Shown here piece by piece: positions 31,764 through 42,472 of a DNA stretch of 64,000 nucleotides. Numbering within the stretch: position 1 is the first letter of the stretch; each line of letters begins with the position of its first letter. The position numbers and the translations under genes are program-made. A model generated the notes under the pieces. That model was not told the origin of the DNA. It did not search any database and was given only the letters and a program-made list of their open reading frames with translations. This DNA is from Candidatus Cloacimonadota bacterium (lineage in GTDB: Bacteria; Cloacimonadota; Cloacimonadia; JGIOTU-2), in the NCBI GenBank assembly GCA_049903315.1, contig JBNGBT010000007.1, positions 78,160 to 142,159 of the forward strand, given 5' to 3'.

Positions 31764-34358
31764 ATGATTCACGACAGATCAAGAATTGAACAAATTGAAA
31801 TTGACGATGTACTGAAAAAAGCTTACCTGGAATACTCCATGAGTGTGATCGTATCACGAGCTCTACCTGATGTGAGAGATGGATTGAAACCTTCCCAGCG
31901 AAGAATTCTCTATGCAATGCACGAACTAAAACTCGAGCCGGGAAAAGGATTCCGAAAATGTGCAAAAATCGCAGGTGACACGTCCGGAAACTACCATCCA
32001 CATGGCGAGCAGGTCATCTATCCCACCCTTGTGAGAATGGCTCAGGAGTGGAGTCTGAGGTATCTTCTCGTACAGGGACAAGGCAACTTCGGCTCACAGG
32101 ATGGCGATCCACCTGCAGCTATGCGTTATACAGAAGCACGCTTGCATAAAGCAGCGGTCGATCTTATGGCTGACCTTGATAAAGATACTGTTGATTTTCA
32201 GTCAAACTACGATGATACACGGAAAGAACCAAAAGTATTTCCTTCAAAATTTCCAAATTTGATTGTAAATGGTTCATCTGGTATTGCGGTTGGAATGGCA
32301 ACAAATATGGCACCTCATAGTGTTTCTGAAACCTGCGATGCACTCTGTGCACTTATTGATGATCCTGAACTCGAGCACCTCAGATTGATGGACTATATAA
32401 AGGGTCCGGACTTTCCAACCGGTGGCTACATCATCGGGAAGCAGGGGATAAGAGATTATTTCCAGACTGGTTATGGCAAGATCATTAATCGCGGCAAAGC
32501 ATCTATAGAAACAAAAAATAACGGGCAGGAAGCGATCATTGTAACAGAACTTCCGTACCAACTCAACAAAACACTGCTTATTGATAAAATTGTAGCCCTG
32601 GTAAAAGACAAGAGGATTGACGGCATCAGCGATATTCGTGATGAATCCGGGCGCCAGGGAATGCGTTTGGTCATCACCATAAAAAGAAATGCAGATGCAG
32701 ACTCTGTCCTGAAAAAACTGTATAAATATTCTCAGTTGCAGGTAAGTTATGTGATCAATAACAGAGCTCTCGTAGGTGGAATTCCCCAGGTTCTCAATAT
32801 GAAAGACCTGCTTCAGAGTTATATTAATTTCCGACATGAAGTCGTGGTGCGCAGAACTCAATTTGAGCTGGATAACGCAGAAAAACGCCTTCATATTCTC
32901 GAGGGTTTCCGAATCGCTTTGGATAATATTGATGAGATAATCGCGATTATCAAAGCATCGGACAGTACTCAGGATGCAAGTGAGAATTTGCAAAAGAAAT
33001 TCGGATTCACAGAAATACAGGCAAAAGCAATCCTCGAAATGAGACTTCAGAGACTCACTGGCCTGGAGCGTGAAAAAATAGAACAGGAATATCGCGACCT
33101 TGTGAAGAGAGTCGAAGAGCTGAAAAGCATTCTCGAGATTCGTGGAAAACGTATGCAGATCATCAAAGATGAAGTTCTTGAGATGAAAGAAAAATATTCT
33201 GATGATCGAAGAACAACCATTTTGGATGGCTCCGCAGATATCGAAACTGAGGACATGATCGCCGACGAAGAAATGGTTGTAACTATTTCTCGCGAAGGAT
33301 ACATAAAGCGCCTTCCTATAAGAACTTACAGAAAACAGCAACGTGGCGGTAAAGGTCTTTCCGGATCGAATTTGAAAGAGGAAGATTTTATTGAAAGTGT
33401 GTTTGTTGCCTCGACACATGCCTTTATACTTTTCTTTACAGACCTTGGACAATGTCACTGGTTGAAAGTGCACAGGATTCCAAAAGTAGGAAGATTGGCA
33501 CGCGGAAAAGCAATCGTGAACCTTCTTCAGCTCGAAAGAAATGAGCGGATCGAAGCGTATGTCACTGTCCGTGATTTTGAACTTCCAAACTTTGTCACGA
33601 TTGTCACGAAGAATGGAATTATAAAGAAGACAGAACTGGCAGCATTCTCTCATCCTCGTACAGGTGGTATTATTGCGATAAAACTCATAGAGGGAGACGA
33701 GCTTATCGATGCGCGGATCACAGAAGGCGATAATGATATTATTCTTGCTACGAAAAATGGTTTCGGCAACCGTTTCCATGAAACAGACGTTCGACCTCAG
33801 GGGAGAAATTCTCAGGGTGTGATAGGCATTCGACTGAGAAATGGTGATGAAGCTGTTTCTATGGTAATCGTTAAACGGGAAGGAACCCTCCTATCCATAA
33901 GTGAAAATGGTTACGGCAAGCGCACTCCGATTGCTGACTATCGTGTGACAAAACGCGGCAGCATGGGAGTTATCACTATGAAAACCACCAAGCGAAATGG
34001 CAACCTTGTAAGCGTTCAGGAAGTTGTCGATGACGATGACCTTATTATCATCACAAACTCCGGTAAAGTGATACGCCAGCATGTAGGCAGCATTTCTGTG
34101 ATAAGCAGAAATACTCAAGGTATGCGGTTAATAACTCTGAATGCAGGTGACAAAGTCACGGACGTTGCGCGCGTAGCTCACGAAGAAGAAGAAATTCCTG
34201 AAGATGAAGATAATGGAAACGGCATTGAAAATGACGAACTCGATGAAGAATTGATCGAGATCGATGATATTGAAGAGGAAATCCAGGAAGATACTGAAGA
34301 AGATATTGATGAAATAGCTAAAGCAGATGAAGATAACGAAGAAGATACAGAAGAATAG
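31764..34358 (+). CDS. gyrA: DNA gyrase subunit A
   Basis: RALPDVRDGLKP, YHPHG, AAMRYTE, GyrA-box QRGGKG, acidic tail. Confidence 0.97.
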   Translation: MIHDRSRIEQIEIDDVLKKAYLEYSMSVIVSRALPDVRDGLKPSQRRILYAMHELKLEPGKGFRKCAKIAGDTSGNYHPHGEQVIYPTLVRMAQEWSLRYLLVQGQGNFGSQDGDPPAAMRYTEARLHKAAVDLMADLDKDTVDFQSNYDDTRKEPKVFPSKFPNLIVNGSSGIAVGMATNMAPHSVSETCDALCALIDDPELEHLRLMDYIKGPDFPTGGYIIGKQGIRDYFQTGYGKIINRGKASIETKNNGQEAIIVTELPYQLNKTLLIDKIVALVKDKRIDGISDIRDESGRQGMRLVITIKRNADADSVLKKLYKYSQLQVSYVINNRALVGGIPQVLNMKDLLQSYINFRHEVVVRRTQFELDNAEKRLHILEGFRIALDNIDEIIAIIKASDSTQDASENLQKKFGFTEIQAKAILEMRLQRLTGLEREKIEQEYRDLVKRVEELKSILEIRGKRMQIIKDEVLEMKEKYSDDRRTTILDGSADIETEDMIADEEMVVTISREGYIKRLPIRTYRKQQRGGKGLSGSNLKEEDFIESVFVASTHAFILFFTDLGQCHWLKVHRIPKVGRLARGKAIVNLLQLERNERIEAYVTVRDFELPNFVTIVTKNGIIKKTELAAFSHPRTGGIIAIKLIEGDELIDARITEGDNDIILATKNGFGNRFHETDVRPQGRNSQGVIGIRLRNGDEAVSMVIVKREGTLLSISENGYGKRTPIADYRVTKRGSMGVITMKTTKRNGNLVSVQEVVDDDDLIIITNSGKVIRQHVGSISVISRNTQGMRLITLNAGDKVTDVARVAHEEEEIPEDEDNGNGIENDELDEELIEIDDIEEEIQEDTEEDIDEIAKADEDNEEDTEE

Positions 34359-34361
34359 AGC

Positions 34362-34943
34362 ATGAAAAAGAGTCTCTTAGTCTTGATGGTTTTAATGTTC
34401 TTGCTGCTTTCCTGTGCTCCCAAGATCCTTCCCGTGCGTTCTCATAATGTAAAAATCCAGGAAAACTATGCAGTGATCACTCACAAGGATTATGATATTG
34501 CGATAGAGCCGTCAAGCTGGAACGATCCGCCATCAAACCTGGAAAATTATTTTATGGTTTTCTATGTGATACTACGGAATAAAACCAATCAAATAATGTC
34601 CGTTGATAAAGATGCTTTTGTCATGATCGATGAGAAGGGTGAACAGTATTCAGTCTTTGGTCCTCAACAAATGGTGAAGATCATGTACGGAGATAACCAG
34701 TACTTTGATCTTAATTATTTTATGAATTTTGATGATCAGGATCATGATCAATTGAAAGAGGAATACGAAGCCCGTTTGGATGGAATCCGGAATATCATGA
34801 TGAAATCATTTCAGTTTGAGCCGATTCGTCCCCAAGCACAACAAAGCGGCTATCTTTTCTTTGAGCGGCTAGAATTTAAGAAACAAGCACTTTTCAAGAT
34901 TTACTACAACGATGACGTCATGGAATTTGTTATCTCAAAATAG
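34362..34943 (+). CDS. Putative lipoprotein
   Basis: Lipobox LLSC. Confidence 0.7.
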   Translation: MKKSLLVLMVLMFLLLSCAPKILPVRSHNVKIQENYAVITHKDYDIAIEPSSWNDPPSNLENYFMVFYVILRNKTNQIMSVDKDAFVMIDEKGEQYSVFGPQQMVKIMYGDNQYFDLNYFMNFDDQDHDQLKEEYEARLDGIRNIMMKSFQFEPIRPQAQQSGYLFFERLEFKKQALFKIYYNDDVMEFVISK

Positions 34944-34946
34944 CGT

Positions 34947-36248
34947 ATGAATCCAGCTCAAATAATTATCAAAAAGCGCGATCGAGAACCACTTTCACAC
35001 AAAGAAATCAAATATTTTATTTCTTCCTATGTGAAAGGTGATGTGGAAAATTACCAGATGTCTGCGATGCTTATGGCAATTCTTCTTAATGGCATGAGCA
35101 AAGATGAGATATACTGGCTTACAAAAGAATATATAGATTCCGGTGTCACTCTTACTTTCCGCGAATCAAAGGGAAGATGTATTGATAAACACAGTACTGG
35201 CGGAGTAGGGGATAAATTATCGCTTATGATCGGCCCAGTTGCAGCAGAATGCGGTGTCATGGTACCAATGATCTCGGGACGGGGACTTGGTCATACTGGA
35301 GGTACATTGGACAAACTTGAGTCAATTCCCGGTTACCAGACACAAATTTCATTAGAGAGATTTCAAAAAATCGTTCGTAAAAACAATTATGCCATCATCG
35401 GACAATCAAATAACATGGTTCCTGCTGACAGAAAGATCTATGCACTGCGTGATGTGACAGGCACTGTGGAGAGCATTCCGCTTATTACTGCCAGTATTAT
35501 GAGCAAAAAAATTGCATCCGGTATAGATGGCTTGGTTATTGACCTGAAAGTCGGAAATGGCGCTTTCATCGGTACGATGGAACATGCGCATCAGCTTGCA
35601 GAATCTATGAGCAAGATCGCAAAGGATTTCAATAAGAAGATCACCATTAATTTCACTGATATGAATGCCCCTCTTGGAAGATATATCGGTAATGCGGTTG
35701 AGGTGATTGAAGCTATAGAATTCTTAAAAGGGAATATAGAACCCGACCTTAAGGAAGTGACCTATAAATTAGTTGCGGATATGCTTATCTTAGCGGGAAT
35801 TTCGAAAAGTTTTGGACAGGCAGAGATAATGATTGAGCGAGCAATTGAGAACGGAAAAGCTCTTGAACGCTTCAGAAAAGGCATTGAATTACAAAACGGA
35901 AATCCCGCTGTAATAGATGATTACTCGTTATTACCTCAACCAAAACATAAAAAAGATATCTATGCACATAGTACTGGTTATATCAAAAATATTAACAGCA
36001 AAAGTATCGGGTATGCGCTTATTGAAGTGAATGCAGGAAGAAAGCATGTTGATGACAAAATCGATCATGCAGCAGGGTTAAAATTATTGAACCGAATAGG
36101 GGATAAGGTTTCGAAAAATGAGAAGATTGCTGAGCTCTATTATGATAATGATCAAGGGAATAAAGCAGCAAAAGACATTGAGAATTGCTTTGAATATTCT
36201 AAGGATAAAATTACTACAACTGGCAGGTTATTAGGCACACTTAAGTAA
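34947..36248 (+). CDS. pdp: Pyrimidine-nucleoside/thymidine phosphorylase
   Basis: DKHSTGGVGDK, SGRGLGHTGGTLDKLESIPG, SIMSKK. Confidence 0.95.
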   Translation: MNPAQIIIKKRDREPLSHKEIKYFISSYVKGDVENYQMSAMLMAILLNGMSKDEIYWLTKEYIDSGVTLTFRESKGRCIDKHSTGGVGDKLSLMIGPVAAECGVMVPMISGRGLGHTGGTLDKLESIPGYQTQISLERFQKIVRKNNYAIIGQSNNMVPADRKIYALRDVTGTVESIPLITASIMSKKIASGIDGLVIDLKVGNGAFIGTMEHAHQLAESMSKIAKDFNKKITINFTDMNAPLGRYIGNAVEVIEAIEFLKGNIEPDLKEVTYKLVADMLILAGISKSFGQAEIMIERAIENGKALERFRKGIELQNGNPAVIDDYSLLPQPKHKKDIYAHSTGYIKNINSKSIGYALIEVNAGRKHVDDKIDHAAGLKLLNRIGDKVSKNEKIAELYYDNDQGNKAAKDIENCFEYSKDKITTTGRLLGTLK

Positions 36249-36269
36249 TTAGGTGAAGTGAGGTGTGAC

Positions 36270-36821
36270 ATGAAAAAACTATATATTTTAGGTATTTTCA
36301 TTGTATTATTCACAAGTCTCCTTTATGCTGTTGGGGATAGTCTTTATGTTGCTGATTCCAGTTTATCAATTCAACATAAGATAAAAAGAACCATCAAAGA
36401 TGAGAAAGCTGCAATTGGATGGTCTTCAGGATTAGTTTTTGGAAAAGGATGGACTGTTCGTGTGAAAATAGATAAAGTTTCCGTACAAGGTTCTTTTGCA
36501 GTAATTCCTGATATAATGATTATTGGAGGTTCACGCGGTAACAACTATTATTTTGGTCTTGCTTGTTCATACGACATCGCTTATTTACCTTATACAAGAT
36601 TCTACGTCATGAGCGGTACAAGCTATCATCTCAATTATTTAGACGAAACGAAATGGTATGTGGGGATTGCACCTGCACTTGATTTTTGTACACCTTTTTC
36701 CAGTTCTATAAGCTTTAATTGTGGATTAGGCATTTCCTACCCTCTTCAACATCCTGCTGAAGAAGAAAAAAATAAAATTATGATTAAGGCTGAACTTGGT
36801 TTCTATTTTAGAATTTTTTAG
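36270..36821 (+). CDS. Secreted/outer-membrane hypothetical protein
   Basis: Signal peptide; beta-strand-like pattern; C-terminal Phe. Confidence 0.6.
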   Translation: MKKLYILGIFIVLFTSLLYAVGDSLYVADSSLSIQHKIKRTIKDEKAAIGWSSGLVFGKGWTVRVKIDKVSVQGSFAVIPDIMIIGGSRGNNYYFGLACSYDIAYLPYTRFYVMSGTSYHLNYLDETKWYVGIAPALDFCTPFSSSISFNCGLGISYPLQHPAEEEKNKIMIKAELGFYFRIF

Positions 36822-37015
36822 GTGAAATATTGAAGATAATGAAATAATATTGAAAGTTCTAAACGATTATTATGAATCCAAAATACAGATTTATTATCAT
36901 TATGAAGTAATCTCTATTAAACTTGACACAATATTCCACCCCTAAAAATTCGTTTATTCAATAAAAATTAAAGATAGTTATGAAAGTGTATTTATAATTA
37001 TTCTCGGAGGTATAA

Positions 37016-37195
37016 ATGCCAGTACCAAAGCAAAAGAGATCAAAGGCAAGTGGTCGAAAGCGGAGAACGCATTACAAAGCAAAAGCCGAACCGGTAGTTA
37101 AGTGCAATAATTGCGGCGAAACCATGCGTCCTCATCATGCATGCCCTCACTGCGGATTTTACAGAGGCAAAAAAGTTATAACTGTTTCTGAATAA
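37016..37195 (+). CDS. rpmF: 50S ribosomal protein L32 (Zn-ribbon type), absent from the ORF track
   Basis: Hand translation MPVPKQKRSKASGRKRRTHY...CNNC...PHHACPHCGFYRGK; GGAGG RBS; position before plsX. Confidence 0.96.
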   Translation: MPVPKQKRSKASGRKRRTHYKAKAEPVVKCNNCGETMRPHHACPHCGFYRGKKVITVSE

Positions 37196-37200
37196 ATTAT

Positions 37201-38205
37201 ATGAGAATTGCAGTCGATGCATTCGGGAGCGATAAAGCTCCATTCCCAGAAGTTGAAGGTGCAGTTTCAGCAATCCACAATAAATGCTGCTCCAAGGTTT
37301 TCCTGGTTGGGAAGGAAGATATACTAGCGAAAGCCCTGGAGAAATATTATTATCCTAAACATACAATAAAAATTATTGATGCTCAAGAAGTTATTGATAT
37401 CTCTGAAAAACCTGTGTCAGAGCTCAGAAAAAAAGCTGACTCTTCATTAATGAAAGCATTGAATCTCGTGAAAGAAGGAAAAGCTGATGCTCTCGTAAGC
37501 GCTGGTTCGACAGGTGCTGTCATGGCTGCGTCATTGCTTTATTTTGGCAGGATAAAAGGAGTTCTCAGACCAGCTCTTGCAATCTCTCTTCCCACCATTG
37601 AAGAACCGGAGATACTCCTGGATGTTGGCGCAAATGTAGACTGCACTGCTGAGAATCTTGTCCAATTCGCAGAAATGGGAAGCATTTACTCTGCATATTT
37701 TCAGAAAAAAAAACAACCACGAGTCGCTCTCATAAATATTGGTGAAGAAAGTAAAAAAGGTAATGAAGTCACTATTGAAGCGTATGCAAAACTTCAACAA
37801 CTTAAATCTATAAATTTCGTCGGTAATATCGAAGGAAAAGATATTCTTAAAGGAACTGCGGACGTCATTATTTCAGATGGTTTCATCGGAAATATTATGC
37901 TCAAGACGGTTGAAGGTGTCGCATTTTCCCTTTTTGAAATCCTGAAGCAGGAGTTTGAACATGATTGGATCGCGAAGATCGGCGCAATATTATCTTATCC
38001 TGCATACCGACATCTTAAAAAGAAATTAGATTACACCGAATATGGGGGAGGATTCTTACTTGGTGTAAACGAAATCTCCATTATTGCTCATGGTTGCTCC
38101 AATGCAAAAGCAATCTCAAATGCGATCAAGTTTGCCAGTTTTTCTAAAAAATCACAATTTTTAAGTCATATTAAAGAATACTACAAGCAAAAATTGGAGA
38201 ACTAA
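37201..38205 (+). CDS. plsX: Phosphate acyltransferase PlsX
   Basis: IAVDAFGSD.AP, SAGSTGA, LLDVGAN, NIGEE..KG, DGF.GN. Confidence 0.96.
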   Translation: MRIAVDAFGSDKAPFPEVEGAVSAIHNKCCSKVFLVGKEDILAKALEKYYYPKHTIKIIDAQEVIDISEKPVSELRKKADSSLMKALNLVKEGKADALVSAGSTGAVMAASLLYFGRIKGVLRPALAISLPTIEEPEILLDVGANVDCTAENLVQFAEMGSIYSAYFQKKKQPRVALINIGEESKKGNEVTIEAYAKLQQLKSINFVGNIEGKDILKGTADVIISDGFIGNIMLKTVEGVAFSLFEILKQEFEHDWIAKIGAILSYPAYRHLKKKLDYTEYGGGFLLGVNEISIIAHGCSNAKAISNAIKFASFSKKSQFLSHIKEYYKQKLEN

Positions 38206-38206
38206 C

Positions 38207-39199
38207 GTGAGTGATATCAGAGTAAAAATCGACGAAATTGCAATGGCTGTTCCGGAGAATGTCCTTACTAATAAGGATTTAGAAAAAATAGTCGATACAT
38301 CCGATGAATGGATCCGTACGCGAACTGGTATGGTTGAGCGGAGAAAATCTGATGAGCATACTGCAGCATCTGATCTTGTTCTTAAGGCTTGTGAAAAACT
38401 TTTTAAAAAATCTTCTTTAAGAACAAGAGATATAGATCTTATAATTGTTGCTACCGTAACCGGGGATCATGCCTTTCCATCAACTGCATGCATATTGCAA
38501 TCAAAATTAGGAATTCCTCATTGTCCTGCTTTTGATATTTCTGCAGGATGTACTGGATTTATTTATGCCCTGACAGTTGCCAAACAGTTTATACAGAATG
38601 GATCTGCAAAAAATGCACTTGTTGTAGGAGTAGAAATCCTCACAAAGATCACTAATTGGACAGACAGAAACACTTGTGTACTTTTTGGCGATGGTGCCGG
38701 TGCTGCGATTGTTACTAAAGCAAATAAAGGCGAAATCTCGGAGATCATCGATACGTATATTTCTTCAGATGGACGTTATGGCGATCTGCTCATTTTAAAA
38801 GGTGGTGGTTCTCGCAATCCGACATCCAAAGAAACAGTAGAAAAAAATATGCACACTTTGTATATGGAAGGAAATAAAATATTCAAGATAGCCGTAAAAT
38901 CCATGGGGGAAGCAGCAGTGAAAATCCTTGAAAAGAATGGATTTACAGGCGATGATCTCGATTGGCTTATTCCTCACCAAGCAAACCTTCGCATTATTGA
39001 TGCAACAGCCAAACGGATCCATCTTCTTCCCCAGAAAGTCATAATAAACATTGAAAAATATGGTAACACATCCTCTGCCAGTATCCCACTTGCTTTTGCC
39101 GAAGCAGTAGAAGACGGGCGCATTCGACGTGGCGATCTGATTGTACTCGATGCCTTTGGCGCTGGACTGACTTGGGGAAGTGTACTTTTGAGGTATTAA
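38207..39199 (+). CDS. fabH: 3-oxoacyl-ACP synthase III
   Basis: DTSDEWI, AGCTGF, LFGDGAGA, PHQAN, GNTSSAS. Confidence 0.96.
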   Translation: MSDIRVKIDEIAMAVPENVLTNKDLEKIVDTSDEWIRTRTGMVERRKSDEHTAASDLVLKACEKLFKKSSLRTRDIDLIIVATVTGDHAFPSTACILQSKLGIPHCPAFDISAGCTGFIYALTVAKQFIQNGSAKNALVVGVEILTKITNWTDRNTCVLFGDGAGAAIVTKANKGEISEIIDTYISSDGRYGDLLILKGGGSRNPTSKETVEKNMHTLYMEGNKIFKIAVKSMGEAAVKILEKNGFTGDDLDWLIPHQANLRIIDATAKRIHLLPQKVIINIEKYGNTSSASIPLAFAEAVEDGRIRRGDLIVLDAFGAGLTWGSVLLRY

Positions 39200-40138
39200 A
39201 TGATAAAGAAAAATATTGCTTTTGTCTTTCCCGGTCAAGGTGCTCAATATGTTGGAATGGCCAAAGAATTCTATGAGCTTCCTGAATATAAACATTTTTT
39301 TGAAGAAGCTAACGAAAAACTTGGATATAACCTCACACACATTATGTTTGAAGGTCCCGAAGATGAATTAAAGAAAACCCATAATACCCAGCCTGCAATT
39401 CTACTCCATAGTGTTGTTGCCTACAATTATTTCAAAGATCATATAGATATTACTCCTGCTTGTACTGCGGGACATTCCCTGGGAGAATTCTCCGCACTCA
39501 TTGCTGCCGGCTCACTTGATTGGCTCGATGCACTCTATCTTGTCCATAAACGCGGCGAGTTCATGATCGAAGCAGGTAGAGGTGTGCCATTTAAAATGGC
39601 AGCAATCCTTGGGCTTGAAGCTGAAACGATCATTACTTTCTGCAAAGAGAGTTCAGGAATTGTCGTTGCAGCAAATTTTAATACTCCTGTTCAAACTGTG
39701 ATCAGTGGAGAGAGCAAAGCAGTAGCCGAAGTCATGGATAAATGCACAGAAGCCGGTGCAAGACGTGTAGTAGAACTCATTGTCGGTGGCGCATTTCATT
39801 CACCATTAATATATAAGTCATCCGAGTGGCTGAATGAAGAAATGAAAAAATGCAATTTTTCTGATGCAGTCATACCAGTCATTTCTAACTATGCTGCACA
39901 ACCGGAAAAACATAAAGATGAAATTATTGACAATTTAGCACAGCAAATTATTTCTCCTGTTCAATGGGTGAGATCAGTTGAATATATGTGTGAAAACGGT
40001 ATTGATACTTTTATTGAATTTGGTCCGGGACGTGTGGTGTCCGGCATGATAAAAGCTATAAATGCAGACACGAACAGATATACGATCAATACCCTTGAGG
40101 ATGCAGAAAAGGTCATCACTGCATTCAAAAATTTATAG
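39200..40138 (+). CDS. fabD: Malonyl-CoA:ACP transacylase
   Basis: FPGQGAQ, GHSLGE, AFHS. Confidence 0.96.
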   Translation: MIKKNIAFVFPGQGAQYVGMAKEFYELPEYKHFFEEANEKLGYNLTHIMFEGPEDELKKTHNTQPAILLHSVVAYNYFKDHIDITPACTAGHSLGEFSALIAAGSLDWLDALYLVHKRGEFMIEAGRGVPFKMAAILGLEAETIITFCKESSGIVVAANFNTPVQTVISGESKAVAEVMDKCTEAGARRVVELIVGGAFHSPLIYKSSEWLNEEMKKCNFSDAVIPVISNYAAQPEKHKDEIIDNLAQQIISPVQWVRSVEYMCENGIDTFIEFGPGRVVSGMIKAINADTNRYTINTLEDAEKVITAFKNL

Positions 40139-40147
40139 GATGAATCT

Positions 40148-40888
40148 GTGAATAGATTTGATGGAAAAATAGCACTCATAACCGGCAGCGCTCGTGGCAT
40201 CGGGAAAAGTATTGCACGATTGTTTGCTAAACAGGGAGCACAGGTAGTAATCGCTGATATTCTTCAGGAAGATATTGATGCAACTGTTCAGGAATTTACT
40301 TCTGAAGGCTTGAAAGGTGCTGGATATCAATGTAACATCACTTCTGAAGAAGAAGTCGAAAATATGATGAAGGATGTTTATCAACAATTCAACTCAATTG
40401 ATATTCTTATTAATAACGCAGGCATTACTGCGGACACATTACTCATCCGCATGAAAAAGATTGATTGGGATAAAGTGATAAATGTGAACCTCACAGGTAC
40501 CTTTATCTGCACACAAAAAGCAACCAAATATATGATGAAACAACGTCATGGTAAGATCGTGAATATATCCTCTGTTATTGGCTTTATCGGAAATTTTGGT
40601 CAGGCAAACTATGCTGCATCAAAGGGTGGAATTATCGCTTTTACAAAATCCGTATCAAAGGAGCTTGCTTCCAGAAATATCAATGTCAATGCAGTAGCTC
40701 CTGGCTTTATTCGAACAGCAATGACAGATGCTCTTCCTGAAGAGATCCAGCAGAAATATCTTGAGAATATCTCACTCAAACGTTTTGGTACTCCCGAAGA
40801 TGTGGGCAAACTTGTTCTCTTCCTCAGTAGTGAGGATGCTGATTATATAACAGGTCAGACGATAATAATAGATGGTGGAATGATATAA
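40148..40888 (+). CDS. fabG: 3-oxoacyl-ACP reductase
   Basis: [25 protein letters not shown]. Confidence 0.95.
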   Translation: MNRFDGKIALITGSARGIGKSIARLFAKQGAQVVIADILQEDIDATVQEFTSEGLKGAGYQCNITSEEEVENMMKDVYQQFNSIDILINNAGITADTLLIRMKKIDWDKVINVNLTGTFICTQKATKYMMKQRHGKIVNISSVIGFIGNFGQANYAASKGGIIAFTKSVSKELASRNINVNAVAPGFIRTAMTDALPEEIQQKYLENISLKRFGTPEDVGKLVLFLSSEDADYITGQTIIIDGGMI

Positions 40889-40916
40889 AAGAAACCTTAA
40901 ATCAAAGGAGAAAACA

Positions 40917-41159
40917 ATGGACGAAAGCATCAAAGAAAAAGTCAAAGGAATCATCGCAACACAACTGGGTGCAACCGAAGATGAAATAACATTAGAGGCA
41001 CGCTTTATTGAAGACCTCGGTGCAGATTCTCTTGATACAGTCGAGTTAATTATGCAATTCGAGGAAGAATTTGACATTGAAATTCCCGATGAAGATGCAG
41101 AAAAGCTTACAACCGTAGGCACTGCTATCGAATTTCTCGACAAAAAATTAAACGAATAA
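40917..41159 (+). CDS. acpP: Acyl carrier protein
   Basis: [12 protein letters not shown]. Confidence 0.97.
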   Translation: MDESIKEKVKGIIATQLGATEDEITLEARFIEDLGADSLDTVELIMQFEEEFDIEIPDEDAEKLTTVGTAIEFLDKKLNE

Positions 41160-41165
41160 TCCATA

Positions 41166-41197
41166 ACCCCACATACGGGTAAAACTGTGTGTGGGGT
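41166..41197 (+). terminator. Strong hairpin after acpP without a U-tract (attenuator or stabiliser)
   Basis: accccacatacgg-gtaaaa-ctgtgtgtggggt, a 13-bp stem including G.U pairs. Confidence 0.55.
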
Positions 41198-41230
41198 ACA
41201 TTCCATCCATTTCAGAAAGGACACTATCGC

Positions 41231-42472
41231 ATGAAGTTAAAAAGAGTGGTTGTCACTGGTATTGGTACAATTAATCCCCTTGGTTTAAACGTTAATGATA
41301 CGTGGGAAAAACTCTGCGAAGGAAAATCCGGCATTGCACTTGCAGAAGGTATTGACGTTGAAGATGTTCCATCGAAGATCGCAGGTCAGGTCAATAATTT
41401 CGATCCTTTGGATTATATCGATCCCAAGGAAGCAAGAAGAATGGACCGTTACTGCCATCTTTCTATAGCTTCTGCGACTCAAGCAATGGAAAGTTCGGGT
41501 ATTGAAGGACAGGTTGATCCAGATAAATTAGGCGTTATTTCAGGAACAGGTATTGGCGGAATACAAACTTTTGAGCATCAAATGCAAGTCTTTCTTGAAC
41601 GTGGGCCTAAAAGGATAAGTCCTTTCTTCATACCTATGATGATATCGAATATTGCAGCGGGAAGGATTGCAATCAAATATAATGCACGTTGCATTAATTT
41701 CAATGTTACTTCAGCATGCACATCCAGCGCAAATGCAATCGGTGAAGCATACAGAGCGATCAAATATGGAGCTGCAGATGCAGTAATTGCGGTTGGCTCG
41801 GAAGCAGCAGTGACAAGGTTCACTCTTTCTGGATTTTCTGTTATGCGTGCATTATCCACTCGTAATGATGCACCAGAACAAGCCAGCCGACCTTTTGATC
41901 AAGAGCGGGACGGATTTGTCCTTGCAGAAGGCGCTGCATCGCTGATATTGGAAGAATATGAGCATGCTAAAGCTCGAGGAGCAACTATATACGGAGAAAT
42001 GGTCGGTTATGGAGCAACTTGTGATGCGTTTCATATCACAATGCCAGCTCCTGGTGGAGAAGGCGGAGCTCACTCGATGAGCAATGCACTCTCTGATGCT
42101 GGTATTACTCCCGAAGATGTCCAATATATTAATGCTCACGGTACATCCACTCCTCTTAATGATAAGGGTGAAACTAAGGCGATCAAAACAGTGTTTGGCG
42201 ACTACGCATACGAGCTGAAAGTAAATTCGAGCAAATCAATGCTTGGTCATGGACTTGGTGCTGCAGGTGCCCTGGAATCTATCATAGTTGTAAAATCCAT
42301 TCAGGATCAAAAAATACATCCCACCATAAATCTCACACATCCTGACCCGGAATGCGACCTGGATTATAACCCGAAAGGGACAATTCCTTTACAAATCGAA
42401 TATGCCATCTCAAACTCTTTTGGATTCGGTGGTCACAATGCGACACTGGTTTTCAAGCGATATGATGAATGA
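41231..42472 (+). CDS. fabF: 3-oxoacyl-ACP synthase II
   Basis: RVVVTG.G, SACTS, INAHGTST, GH.LGAAG, SNSFGFGGHN. Confidence 0.97.
   Translation: MKLKRVVVTGIGTINPLGLNVNDTWEKLCEGKSGIALAEGIDVEDVPSKIAGQVNNFDPLDYIDPKEARRMDRYCHLSIASATQAMESSGIEGQVDPDKLGVISGTGIGGIQTFEHQMQVFLERGPKRISPFFIPMMISNIAAGRIAIKYNARCINFNVTSACTSSANAIGEAYRAIKYGAADAVIAVGSEAAVTRFTLSGFSVMRALSTRNDAPEQASRPFDQERDGFVLAEGAASLILEEYEHAKARGATIYGEMVGYGATCDAFHITMPAPGGEGGAHSMSNALSDAGITPEDVQYINAHGTSTPLNDKGETKAIKTVFGDYAYELKVNSSKSMLGHGLGAAGALESIIVVKSIQDQKIHPTINLTHPDPECDLDYNPKGTIPLQIEYAISNSFGFGGHNATLVFKRYDE

Noticed and set aside
32274..33779. 501-aa antisense ORF within gyrA
   Set aside because: It is a shadow of a conserved gene on the opposite strand, has no recognisable motifs, and has a composition typical of antisense frames.
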